From an uncultured Clostridia bacterium (lineage in GTDB: Bacteria > Bacillota > Clostridia > TANB77 > CAG-508), in assembly GCA_948875265.1 (NCBI GenBank), contig CAQRYF010000003.1:1-61015 (forward strand): a stretch of 61,015 bases of DNA, read 5' to 3'. The position numbers were made by a program, and so were the translations under genes. How positions within the stretch are numbered: the first letter of the stretch is position 1; each line of letters starts with the position of its first letter. Under the pieces are notes generated by a model, which saw only the letters and a list, made by a program, of their open reading frames with translations, was not told the DNA's origin and searched no databases. Shown here piece by piece: positions 8,243 through 17,350 of the stretch.

Positions 8243-9415
8243 TTATTCCATACTCCATTTATTATATGTAAATCCATCGTTTTGTACTTTTTGTGGTGTT
8301 TTGTTAAATTTAGCATCTGAAGATAATTGTACTAATACACGCACTCCATATATACGAGTACTATTACGATTTATGTAATTTCTTACTGGAACAAAAAATG
8401 GTAATGCACTATTATCTTGTGTTGTAGCAAACCAATAAAAAGATCCATTTTCTATCATAGATACTAATTTATTACCTGTAACACTTGGTAAATCTGATAT
8501 ATATGGTAATTGTGATTTAGTACTATCAACATTCTTAGAATACCATGTATTTGCCTCATTTTGATTTAGAGCTTTTGCGCTTGTTGCATATTGATTTCTA
8601 TTAACATATACACTCCAATCTCTTGGTGTTACACCATCTGTAATGTTTGAAGTATCACTACTATTTTTACTTCCAGTAAAGATAAATTGGCTCTTGTATC
8701 CATTATTTGCACCAAACTCTTGGCAATATGCCTCCGGACATCCTGCTGATATTAGTGTAATAGTTTTATTGTCACTTGCAATATCCCATATTCTCCAACC
8801 AGAATATCTACTTTTACCATATTCAGTTGTATTATTCATTCCTATTTCACTTTCGTCATTGTTTGTATTTCTACTTTGCCCAGCTTTATAGCCTCCGAAT
8901 TGGAACTTTTGATATACCAATGCTCCTGGTGTTTGTATTTCTAATTTCTTACTTTCAGTCCAAGCTCCTGCATTATAATCTACCCAGTCTCCTATATGCA
9001 TTGCATCTTGTTTATATGAACTATCATTTTGATTATTATTTTTATCATATAAGTCTGATGCATCATTTAATTCCCATGTTCCACTTACTGTTCCACTAAG
9101 CCCTACTCTTATTTCTATTCCATTTATATTTACACCTGCAGGTAGGTCTATTATATTAGTTCCTAGCTTTTTATTTAATACATTTACATCTACTTCTCCA
9201 TTTTTCTTAATAGCTCCTAAAACTGCTGCTTGAACCTTTTCTTTAGCACTTTGTTGTTCTGATGAAGATTTTGCATCATTGGCCTCTTTTATTACACTTT
9301 TCTCTCCTGTTAACGCTGTTACTGTTACTCCTGCAAGTATTGCTAATACTATTATTGTTATAACTAAAGTTATTAAAGTTATACCATTTGTATCTTTTAA
9401 ATTGATTTTTTTCAT
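8243..9415 (-). CDS. Secreted protein with a prepilin-like N-terminal hydrophobic segment (no Glu at +5)
   Basis: MKKINLKDTNGITLITLVITIIVLAILAGV resembles the class III signal / N-methylation region. The rest has no recognisable domain. The start at 9415 follows GAGGAG. Confidence 0.45.
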   Translation of the reverse strand: MKKINLKDTNGITLITLVITIIVLAILAGVTVTALTGEKSVIKEANDAKSSSEQQSAKEKVQAAVLGAIKKNGEVDVNVLNKKLGTNIIDLPAGVNINGIEIRVGLSGTVSGTWELNDASDLYDKNNNQNDSSYKQDAMHIGDWVDYNAGAWTESKKLEIQTPGALVYQKFQFGGYKAGQSRNTNNDESEIGMNNTTEYGKSRYSGWRIWDIASDNKTITLISAGCPEAYCQEFGANNGYKSQFIFTGSKNSSDTSNITDGVTPRDWSVYVNRNQYATSAKALNQNEANTWYSKNVDSTKSQLPYISDLPSVTGNKLVSMIENGSFYWFATTQDNSALPFFVPVRNYINRNSTRIYGVRVLVQLSSDAKFNKTPQKVQNDGFTYNKWSME

Positions 9416-9518
9416 CTTAAGTACTCCTCTCATTTTTTTACTAGATTATTTATATCACATTAATACTACTTTTACAATATTTTTTATACTTTTTATCTTT
9501 TAGTTTTGTTTATCTATT

Positions 9519-12143
9519 TTAATTTTGTTTTGCTACATATACTACTTTACCAAATTTTATTTCATTTACTTTCTTTTGTAATTCCATTATTGGAATTGGT
9601 AGTATTGATATAAATAGAGTTATAATCCATTGCGTTTGATTTAGAGGAACTAGTTTAAATATTTCTGCTAAACTCGGAATTATTACAACTATTGTCTGTA
9701 CGAATATACCTAATATAAAGCTTCCTATTAAAAATTTATTTTCAAATATTCCTATTTTGAATATTGATTGTTCACTTTTTATATTGAAACTGTGAACTAG
9801 TTCTAATACTCCTATTGCTATAAATGCCATTGTTCTTCCTACTTCTACTCCATAATATTTATTTCCTATGCTAAATGCAACTAATGTTAGCATTCCTATC
9901 ATTATACCTTCTACTATTATTTTATTCCATAATCCATCTGAAAAAATTCCTTTTTTAGAGTCTACTGGTTTTCTATGCATTATATCCTTTTCAGGTGGTT
10001 CTAATCCTATTGCTATTGCAGGTAACGAATCTGTTACTAAATTTACCCATAAAAGTTGTATTGCAAGTAGAGGAGATTTGAAGCCTAATATTAACCCCAT
10101 AAAAATAGTTACAATTTCCCCTATATTAGTTGCAATCAAGAAATGTATTGCTTTTCTTATATTATCATATATATTTCTTCCTTGTTTTACTGCTTCTACT
10201 ATTGTTACAAAATTATCATCTGCTAAAATCATATCTGATGCATTTTTTGCTACATCTGTGCCATTTTTCCCCATTGCAATTCCTATATTAGCATTCTTTA
10301 AAGCAGGACTATCATTTACTCCATCTCCAGTCATAGCAACTACTGAACCAGTCTTTTGCCAAGCTTTTACTATCCTTACTTTATGTTCTGGAGTCACCCT
10401 TGCAAATACTGAATACTCCTTAATTTCCCTTTCTAATTTTTCTTGTGGTATCTTATCTAACTCTTGACCTGTAATTGCTTTATCCTTTATTCCTAATATG
10501 TCCAACTCTTTTGCTATAGCTGTCGCTGTTGCTATATGATCTCCAGTTATCATTACAGTTTTTATCCCTGCTTTTTTACAAGTCCTTACAGCTTCTTTTA
10601 CACCTTTCCTTGGCGGATCTATCATTCCTATTAATCCCACAAATGTCAAGTCATTTTCTATAGTTTTAGATTCTATTTTTTGTGGTAAATAATCAACATC
10701 TTTATATGCAATAGCTATAACTCTTAGAGCTTTTTGTGCCATTTGTAAATTTTTTGTTTGTACTCTACTTTTTTCTATCATCTTTGTTTGATATGTATTA
10801 TTTTGTATTTGCTTTTTACATTTATCTAGCAAAACATCTGGCGCTCCTTTTGTTATTATTCTATATTTATTCCCAATCTTATGTATTGTTGTCATCATTT
10901 TTCTACTAGAATCAAATGGAATTTCATTTATTCTTGGCATTTGATGATATAGTTCTGCTTTATTCTTGCCATCTTGTATCCCTTTATTTACAATAGCTAC
11001 TTCTGTAGGTTCTCCTTTTACTTCTGTATTCCCATTTTCATAAACAATATTACAATCAGTACACATTGTGGCTAACTCTATTGCAAAATTCGAATTCTCG
11101 GATATCACTTCTACTACCTTCATTTTATTTTGTGTTAATGTTCCTGTCTTATCTGAACATATTACACTACTACTTCCTAAAGTTTCTACAGCTGGTAATT
11201 TTCTAATTATACTATTTTTCTTTGCCATCTTAGTTACTCCAATTGATAACATAATAGTCACAATTGCAGGTAATCCTTCTGGTATTGCTGCAACCGCTAA
11301 TCCTACTGATGTCATAAACATTTCCATAGGTTCTATATTTTTTATCAACCCTATTACAAATATAATTAAACATATTGCTAAACATACTATTCCCAATACC
11401 TTTCCCACTTGACTTAGTTTCTTTTGTATTGGCGTTTCTGGAGCTTCATCTTGAATTATCATATTTGCAATCTTTCCTACCTTTGTATTCATTCCTGTTT
11501 CTGTAACCACTGCCTTTGCATGTCCATTCACTACAATACTTGCCATAAATGCCATATTTAACATATCACCTAATGGAATATCTTTTTTACATATCATATT
11601 AGAATCCTTTAACACAGCTTCAGTCTCTCCTGTTAAACTAGATTCCTCTATCTTCAAATTAAAACTTTCTATTAACCTACAATCAGCAGGCACATAATTT
11701 CCCGCTTCTAGTATAATTATATCTCCTGGCACCAATTCTTCTGCATTAATTTCATTAGTTATATTATCTCTTATAACTTTCGCCTTTGGTGGCGTCATTT
11801 GCTTTAGAGCCTCTATTGACTTTTCTGCTTTTGCCTCTTGTATTACTCCCATTATCGCATTTAAAATTACAATTGCAATTATTATTATTGAATCAATATA
11901 ATCATTCTCTCCTTGCATTGTTGATATAATTGCTGAAACAACAGATGCAACTATTAAAATAATAATCATAAAATCATTAAATTGCTTAATAAACTTTATA
12001 ATCATTGGCTCTTTAGGCTTATCCTCTAATTTATTTTTGCCATACTCCTTCTGTCTACTTTGCACCTCTTCCTTTGTTATCCCCGACTTTTGGCTAGTCT
12101 TTAACTTTCTAAAAATCTCTTCTCTTCTTAAAGTTTCCCACAT
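9519..12143 (-). CDS. Calcium-translocating P-type ATPase (P2 type)
   Basis: 874 aa with DKTGTLT, TGES (SLTGE), TGDH, MTGDGVNDSPALK and 10-TM topology. Confidence 0.9.
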   Translation of the reverse strand: MWETLRREEIFRKLKTSQKSGITKEEVQSRQKEYGKNKLEDKPKEPMIIKFIKQFNDFMIIILIVASVVSAIISTMQGENDYIDSIIIIAIVILNAIMGVIQEAKAEKSIEALKQMTPPKAKVIRDNITNEINAEELVPGDIIILEAGNYVPADCRLIESFNLKIEESSLTGETEAVLKDSNMICKKDIPLGDMLNMAFMASIVVNGHAKAVVTETGMNTKVGKIANMIIQDEAPETPIQKKLSQVGKVLGIVCLAICLIIFVIGLIKNIEPMEMFMTSVGLAVAAIPEGLPAIVTIMLSIGVTKMAKKNSIIRKLPAVETLGSSSVICSDKTGTLTQNKMKVVEVISENSNFAIELATMCTDCNIVYENGNTEVKGEPTEVAIVNKGIQDGKNKAELYHQMPRINEIPFDSSRKMMTTIHKIGNKYRIITKGAPDVLLDKCKKQIQNNTYQTKMIEKSRVQTKNLQMAQKALRVIAIAYKDVDYLPQKIESKTIENDLTFVGLIGMIDPPRKGVKEAVRTCKKAGIKTVMITGDHIATATAIAKELDILGIKDKAITGQELDKIPQEKLEREIKEYSVFARVTPEHKVRIVKAWQKTGSVVAMTGDGVNDSPALKNANIGIAMGKNGTDVAKNASDMILADDNFVTIVEAVKQGRNIYDNIRKAIHFLIATNIGEIVTIFMGLILGFKSPLLAIQLLWVNLVTDSLPAIAIGLEPPEKDIMHRKPVDSKKGIFSDGLWNKIIVEGIMIGMLTLVAFSIGNKYYGVEVGRTMAFIAIGVLELVHSFNIKSEQSIFKIGIFENKFLIGSFILGIFVQTIVVIIPSLAEIFKLVPLNQTQWIITLFISILPIPIMELQKKVNEIKFGKVVYVAKQN

Positions 12144-12159
12144 ATTTATCTCTCCTTTG

Positions 12160-12192
12160 TGATGATTTTAGGGACGGAGGAAAAAATCATCA
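12160..12192. repeat. GGGAC-loop hairpin element, sub-family I, copy a
   Basis: TGATGATTTTAGGGACGGAGGAAAAAATCATCA. Stem is GATGATTTT/AAAATCATC. It lies 17 nt upstream of the ATPase start. Confidence 0.85.
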
Positions 12193-12269
12193 TTTTTCAC
12201 TCTGTCTTTATTGTTTTATATTTAATTCTATGTAGCTTGTACTTCTTTATTACTATTTTTATTTTTTAA

Positions 12270-12302
12270 TGATGATTTTTTCCTCCGTCCCTAAAATCAT
12301 CA
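12270..12302. repeat. GGGAC-loop hairpin element, sub-family I, copy b (exact reverse complement of copy a)
   Basis: TGATGATTTTTTCCTCCGTCCCTAAAATCATCA. It lies 36 nt upstream of the ytaF/mntP-like start. Confidence 0.85.
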
Positions 12303-12338
12303 CTTTTTGGTTGTTTTTGTCATATTATGTTTTAAGAG

Positions 12339-13031
12339 GTGTTTAGTTTGATTAATTCTTTATTTTTGGCAATTTCTAGTAGTATAGATTCTCTTGGTAT
12401 TGGTGTTACATATGGAGTTAAGAATACTAAGATTTCATATATAGGAAAAGTGGTTTTATTTTTTATTTCTTTTATCATATCTATTTTATCAATATGGTTT
12501 GGAAATGTTATAAAAAATATCTTTTCTGATTATTTAACTACTTTTATTGGTAGTGGTATTCTAATTTCTATGGGATTTTTTATTTGTTTTCAAGCTTTAA
12601 AAAAAGAAAAAGATTGTATGAACAATACTGATAATAAAAAGTTTTATGATAATTATGATAATAATATAAATTTTAAGGAAGAAAAAATTTATAGTTTTTT
12701 TATAAAGTTCCTAGGAATTACAATAAAAATAATTAAAAACCCTATTTCTTCTGATTTTGATTATTCAAATTCTATTGATAGTAAAGAAGCTTTGTTTCTT
12801 GGGCTTGCTCTTTCTTTAGATAGTTTTTGTATAGGAGTTGGAGGTAGTATTATTGGAATAAGTTCTATGCTTTTCCCATTGCTTATTGCATCTTTCCAAT
12901 TGTTATTTTTGAGTGTGGGCAATTTTTTAGGCAGAAAACTTAATAAATTAAGTCATCTGCCTGATAATATCTGGTCTATTATTTCTGGTTTCCTATTAAT
13001 TATTATTGGTTTAATAAAATTGATGCTTTAA
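12339..13031 (+). CDS. YtaF/MntP-family membrane protein (sporulation membrane protein YtaF or Mn2+ efflux-pump family)
   Basis: 230 aa. Two homologous halves each carry the SIDS(L/F)xIGV motif. GTG start after AAGAGG. Confidence 0.6.
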   Translation: MFSLINSLFLAISSSIDSLGIGVTYGVKNTKISYIGKVVLFFISFIISILSIWFGNVIKNIFSDYLTTFIGSGILISMGFFICFQALKKEKDCMNNTDNKKFYDNYDNNINFKEEKIYSFFIKFLGITIKIIKNPISSDFDYSNSIDSKEALFLGLALSLDSFCIGVGGSIIGISSMLFPLLIASFQLLFLSVGNFLGRKLNKLSHLPDNIWSIISGFLLIIIGLIKLML

Positions 13032-13089
13032 AAAAATTGAATTTAAACCTACAATCAATGTCTACCTCTACCAATTTCGACAAAATAAC

Positions 13090-13121
13090 TGAAACAAATT
13101 TGCCCTGTCCCTACTGTTTCA
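13090..13121. repeat. GGGAC-loop hairpin element, sub-family II, copy a
   Basis: TGAAACAAATTTGCCCTGTCCCTACTGTTTCA. It spans the smc stop codon (13111-13113). Confidence 0.8.
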
Positions 13122-16100
13122 ATTTCATTGATAGTAGTTTTGAAATTCCGTTTTCTTCCATTGTGACACCATATACTGTGTCTGCTGCTTCCATTGTTCC
13201 TTTTCTGTGTGTTATTACTAGGAATTGTGTATTACTTGAGAATTTCTTTAGGTATTCTGCGAATCTAAATACGTTCACATCGTCTAATGCTGCTTCTATT
13301 TCGTCAAGTACGCAGAATGGGGCTGGGTTTATTTTTAGAATTGCAAACAGTAATGCAATTGCTGTAAAGGCTTTTTCTCCTCCTGAAAGTAGTGTCATGT
13401 TTTGTAATTTCTTTCCTGGTGGTTGTACTGTTATTTCTATTCCACATTCTAGAATGTTTTCTTCATCTTCTAATTTTAATGTTGCATTTCCTCCACCAAA
13501 TAATTCTTTAAATACTTCTCCAAAGTTTTTATTTATAATTTCAAATTGAGCTTTAAATTGTTCTTTCATTGTGGCTGTCATTTCAGATATGATTTTTCTT
13601 AATTTGTTCATTGTGTCTTCTAAGTCAACTCTTTGTTCACACATGAAATCATATCTTTCTTTTAGAGCTTTGTATTCTTCTATAGAATCTATGTTAACAC
13701 TTCCTAATTCTCTTATTTCTGATCTTAGTCTATTTACTCTTTTTTGTGTTAAGGTTACATTTTCTGGTTTTTTATAATCTTCTACATTATTTGGTGTTAA
13801 TTCATATTCTTCCCACATTTTATTTATAATTGAATTAATATCATCTTCTAATTTTGTCTTTTTTACATCTAGTTTTACAATTTGAGCTTTTAATTCTTCA
13901 ATTACATTAAATTTATTGGTGATTTCTTCTTCTTGTTTTGATAATTTATGATTTTTGTCAATTCTGTCTTGTTTTAGTTCTTCTATCTTATCTCCACTAT
14001 TTTTAACATCCTCTTTGATTTTTTCGATTTTTTCTTTTGTTTCTTGTATAGATTGTTCTAAATCTAAATTGTCTTGCGCTATTTGTTCTATTTGATTTTT
14101 CTTATTTTCAATACTTTTATTAGTATTTTCTATTTCTAAATTAATTCTTTCTTGTATTTCTTCTATAGATGTTTCACTTTCATCAAATGATGATACTGAT
14201 ATTTTTAAATTTGTAATATCAAAGTTTAAATCATCTACATATTTTTGATTATCTTTGTTTAATTCTGCAAATTCTGTGATTATTTTTGTAAGTTGTTCTG
14301 TTGATTCAGTTAATTCTTCAATTTCTCTTTGTATATTTTCTTTATTTAATATTGCATCTTGTTTTTGTTTTTCTAGATTGATATCTTCTTCTTTTAATTT
14401 GTTAAGTCTATTTTCAATTTTTTCTATATTTTCATCAATTGCTACTACCTTTTGTTTTTCTGTTGCATATGTTATATCAATTTCTTGAAGTTCTTTTTCT
14501 AAGCTCATTGCTTCTTCTAAAGTATCTTCTATAGAGCTTTCATATTCTTGTTTTTCTTTTTCTAATTTTTCTATTTTTGATTTTAGGTTTTTAATATCTT
14601 TTTCTAGTTTTTCTATTTCTCTTCCTCTACCTAAAATATTAACTGTTTTCTTACTAACTGAACCACCTGTTATTGCTCCAGAAGGATTAATTACATCTCC
14701 TTCTACAGTTATAATTCTAAATGAATATCCATTTTGTTTTGCAACTTTTATAGCTGTATTCATATTATCAACAACAACTGTTCTTCCTAATAAATTGAGA
14801 ATAATTTGTTCATATTTTTTGTTGTATTTTACTAAATCTGATGCTATTCCAATGTATCCTTTTTCATTTCCTTTTATTTTGTCTAATTTTCTACCTTTTA
14901 CAGATGTTATTGGTAAAAATGATGCCCTTCCTAAGCTATTTTTTCTTAAATGTTCTACTAATTTTTTTGCATCATCTTCTGTTTCTGTTACTATATTTTG
15001 AAGGCTTGCTCCAAGACACATCTCTATTGCTGTTTGATATTCTTCAGGTACTTCTATAATGTTTGCAAGTACTCCATGCATTCCTTTTCCTAATTCTTTT
15101 ATATTTTCACAGTCTTTTAAAAGTGATTTTACACTTTTTATATATCCTTCTTTCTCTTTTTCAGTTTCTATTAGGAATCTTAATTTGGATTCTTTTATTC
15201 TCATTTCACTCATACTTGCATTTATACTGTTTTCATAACTTTTTATTTTCTTATCTGCTTCTTCTTTTTTAGTATTAATTTCTTCTAAAGCTTTTACTAC
15301 TTTATTTCTTTTACTGTCTATTTCATAGAATTCTTTTGATATCTCATCTTTCTTTAATCTTGTTGAATCTAATTCTGAAATATGATTTGTTATTTCGTTT
15401 TTTACTTGTCTTTGTCTTTTTTCATCGTTTTGATAATTTATATCCTGAGTATTAATTTCTGATTGTAATTCATATTTTTTATCTATATTTTGTTCTACTT
15501 TTACTTTATATCCTTCTATTTCTAATTCTTTATCTGATAATGTTTTTGTTATTTTAGCTAATTCTTCTTCTTTTTCTTTTAATTCCTTTTCGAATTTTTC
15601 TTTATTTTGTTTTAAATTATCTTTTTTCTCTTCTTTTTGTTTTATCTCTTCTTGTAATTCTTCTAATCTTACTTCTTGTTCTTCTATTTCTTTTTCATAT
15701 CTTTCTTTATTTTCTATATTATTATGAATTCTAGTATTTGCAACATTTATGTCTGAGTTTAACATTTCAATTTCTTTTTGACTTTCGAATCCTAAATTAG
15801 ACATTTCTTCTATTTTATTTGTTATTTCATCTATTTGTGTTTTTAATTCTTCTTTAAGATTTTTTATTCTGTCAAGCTTTTCTTCTTCATCTTTACATTG
15901 ATTTGTAAAGATTTCTTCATCTTTTACTATTTCTTCTAAATCCACTTTATATTTCTCAATATTATAGATAAATAATCCTATTTCTATACTTTTTAATTCT
16001 TCTCTTAAATTTAGGTATTTTTTTGCCTTTTCAGACTGAGCTTTTAGTGGTTCAATATTTGTTTCTATTTCTGATAAAATATCATTTATTCTAAGTAAGT

Positions 16101-16659
16101 TTAACTTTGTGTGTTCTAATTTCTTTTCTGATTCTTGTTTTCTTACTCTATATTTTACAATTCCAGCGGCCTCTTCAAAAATATGTCTTCTATCTTCTGA
16201 TTTATTGCTTAGTATTTCATCAATTTTACCTTGTCCAATTATTGAATATCCATCTTTACCTATTCCTGTATCCATGAATAATTCTAATACGTCTTTTAGT
16301 CTACATGGTACTTTATTAATAAAGTATCCTGTTTCTCCACTTCTATATATTTTTCTTGTAACTGTCACTTCTGTATATTCAATTGGCAATGCACCATCTG
16401 TATTATCAAATACTAAAGAGCCTTCAGCAAATCCTAAAGACTTTCTATTTTGTGTTCCTGCAAATATGATATCTAAAGATTTTGCTCCTCTTAATGATTT
16501 CATACTTTGCTCTCCTAATATCCACCTAATGCTATCAGCTATATTACTTTTTCCTGAACCATTTGGTCCTATTACACTTGTTATTCCTGGCATAAACTCC
16601 AATACAGTTTTATCTGCGAATGATTTGAATCCTTGTAATTCTAGTCTTTTTAAATACAT
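13111..16659 (-). CDS. smc: Chromosome segregation protein SMC
   Basis: 1182 aa with N-terminal Walker A GPNGSGKSN, long coiled coils, a hinge, and the C-terminal LSGGEK signature plus Walker B CVLDEIEAALD. Confidence 0.95.
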   Translation of the reverse strand: MYLKRLELQGFKSFADKTVLEFMPGITSVIGPNGSGKSNIADSIRWILGEQSMKSLRGAKSLDIIFAGTQNRKSLGFAEGSLVFDNTDGALPIEYTEVTVTRKIYRSGETGYFINKVPCRLKDVLELFMDTGIGKDGYSIIGQGKIDEILSNKSEDRRHIFEEAAGIVKYRVRKQESEKKLEHTKLNLLRINDILSEIETNIEPLKAQSEKAKKYLNLREELKSIEIGLFIYNIEKYKVDLEEIVKDEEIFTNQCKDEEEKLDRIKNLKEELKTQIDEITNKIEEMSNLGFESQKEIEMLNSDINVANTRIHNNIENKERYEKEIEEQEVRLEELQEEIKQKEEKKDNLKQNKEKFEKELKEKEEELAKITKTLSDKELEIEGYKVKVEQNIDKKYELQSEINTQDINYQNDEKRQRQVKNEITNHISELDSTRLKKDEISKEFYEIDSKRNKVVKALEEINTKKEEADKKIKSYENSINASMSEMRIKESKLRFLIETEKEKEGYIKSVKSLLKDCENIKELGKGMHGVLANIIEVPEEYQTAIEMCLGASLQNIVTETEDDAKKLVEHLRKNSLGRASFLPITSVKGRKLDKIKGNEKGYIGIASDLVKYNKKYEQIILNLLGRTVVVDNMNTAIKVAKQNGYSFRIITVEGDVINPSGAITGGSVSKKTVNILGRGREIEKLEKDIKNLKSKIEKLEKEKQEYESSIEDTLEEAMSLEKELQEIDITYATEKQKVVAIDENIEKIENRLNKLKEEDINLEKQKQDAILNKENIQREIEELTESTEQLTKIITEFAELNKDNQKYVDDLNFDITNLKISVSSFDESETSIEEIQERINLEIENTNKSIENKKNQIEQIAQDNLDLEQSIQETKEKIEKIKEDVKNSGDKIEELKQDRIDKNHKLSKQEEEITNKFNVIEELKAQIVKLDVKKTKLEDDINSIINKMWEEYELTPNNVEDYKKPENVTLTQKRVNRLRSEIRELGSVNIDSIEEYKALKERYDFMCEQRVDLEDTMNKLRKIISEMTATMKEQFKAQFEIINKNFGEVFKELFGGGNATLKLEDEENILECGIEITVQPPGKKLQNMTLLSGGEKAFTAIALLFAILKINPAPFCVLDEIEAALDDVNVFRFAEYLKKFSSNTQFLVITHRKGTMEAADTVYGVTMEENGISKLLSMKLKQ

Positions 16660-16731
16660 TTATTATCACCTTTTGTTTTTTCTTCTCTATTTATGTAGTT
16701 TATACTATTTTTTCGTTTTTGTAAAGCAAAC

Positions 16732-17064
16732 TTAAACAAAATTTGATACTGCTACCATTTTTGCTATATTATATATTAATCTTTGTTTTTCAGGTGTACA
16801 TTGTATTAAAACATTATATAAATCTTTATCTAGATAGTTATTTGATGCTGTTGCTGTTCCTGTGATTAATTTTTCTATTGGAATGTCTAAAGCTGTTGAT
16901 ATTTGTGCTAATCTTTTTAAATTAATTTGTGATGTTCCTCTCTCAATCCTACTCATAAATGCTATTGTAACATCAATTTCCTCTGATAATCTTTCTTGCG
17001 TTAATCCTTTTGCTTTTCTTGCTTCCCTTATTCTTTCTCCTATAAGTTTATAATCAATTTCCAT
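16732..17064 (-). CDS. XRE-family helix-turn-helix transcriptional regulator
   Basis: MEIDYKLIGERIREARKAKGLTQERLSE.... Start at 17064 after AAAGGAG. Confidence 0.8.
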   Translation of the reverse strand: MEIDYKLIGERIREARKAKGLTQERLSEEIDVTIAFMSRIERGTSQINLKRLAQISTALDIPIEKLITGTATASNNYLDKDLYNVLIQCTPEKQRLIYNIAKMVAVSNFV

Positions 17065-17350
17065 ATTACCACTCCTTTTTCTATTGGTAAATATAATATT
17101 ATGAGTTATAGTTGTCAAAGTTTATTATTGTTCTATATGTAAAATTTTATTAATATATTCTCTTGTATTCTCCTTATTCTTGATTTATTCTATCTTTTTT
17201 GAATATGAATTCTAAATGAACAAATTTATGTACAATGTATTTTATGTATTATAGAAAACTTGAGGAATTTTCCAATAATATAAAAAGATAATATCGATTT
17301 ATTAGAATTTATCATATAAACTCTTCATAAACTGATATTATCTTTTTCTG

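Noticed and set aside
12160-12302. A phase-variable invertible promoter bounded by 33-bp inverted repeats.
   Set aside because: This is not excluded, but it is weakened because the same repeat occurs as single copies elsewhere (43105, 57953). No site-specific recombinase is nearby, and no convincing unidirectional promoter was found in the 77-bp core. It is kept only as an alternative within a finding.
12144-12338. A yybP-ykoY (Mn2+) riboswitch upstream of the MntP-like gene or the P-type ATPase.
   Set aside because: The leaders are too short, and the conserved four-way-junction sequence elements are not present. Only the simple hairpin elements are seen.
13111-13125. GTTTCAAT at the smc end resembles the start of some CRISPR repeats.
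   Set aside because: It is a single occurrence inside the last smc codons, with no repeat-spacer periodicity.
2708-16735. Numerous plus-strand ORFs of 60-200 aa lie opposite long minus-strand genes (e.g. 2708-2977, 5083-5454, 6326-6655, 9868-10467, 13037-13549, 16109-16735). Similar ones occur later (31370-31843, 51063-51572, 53383-53874, 59971-60306).
   Set aside because: They are Leu/Phe/Ile/Ser-rich and low in complexity, lack an RBS, and lie entirely antisense to genes with strong motif support. These are typical shadow ORFs of AT-rich DNA.
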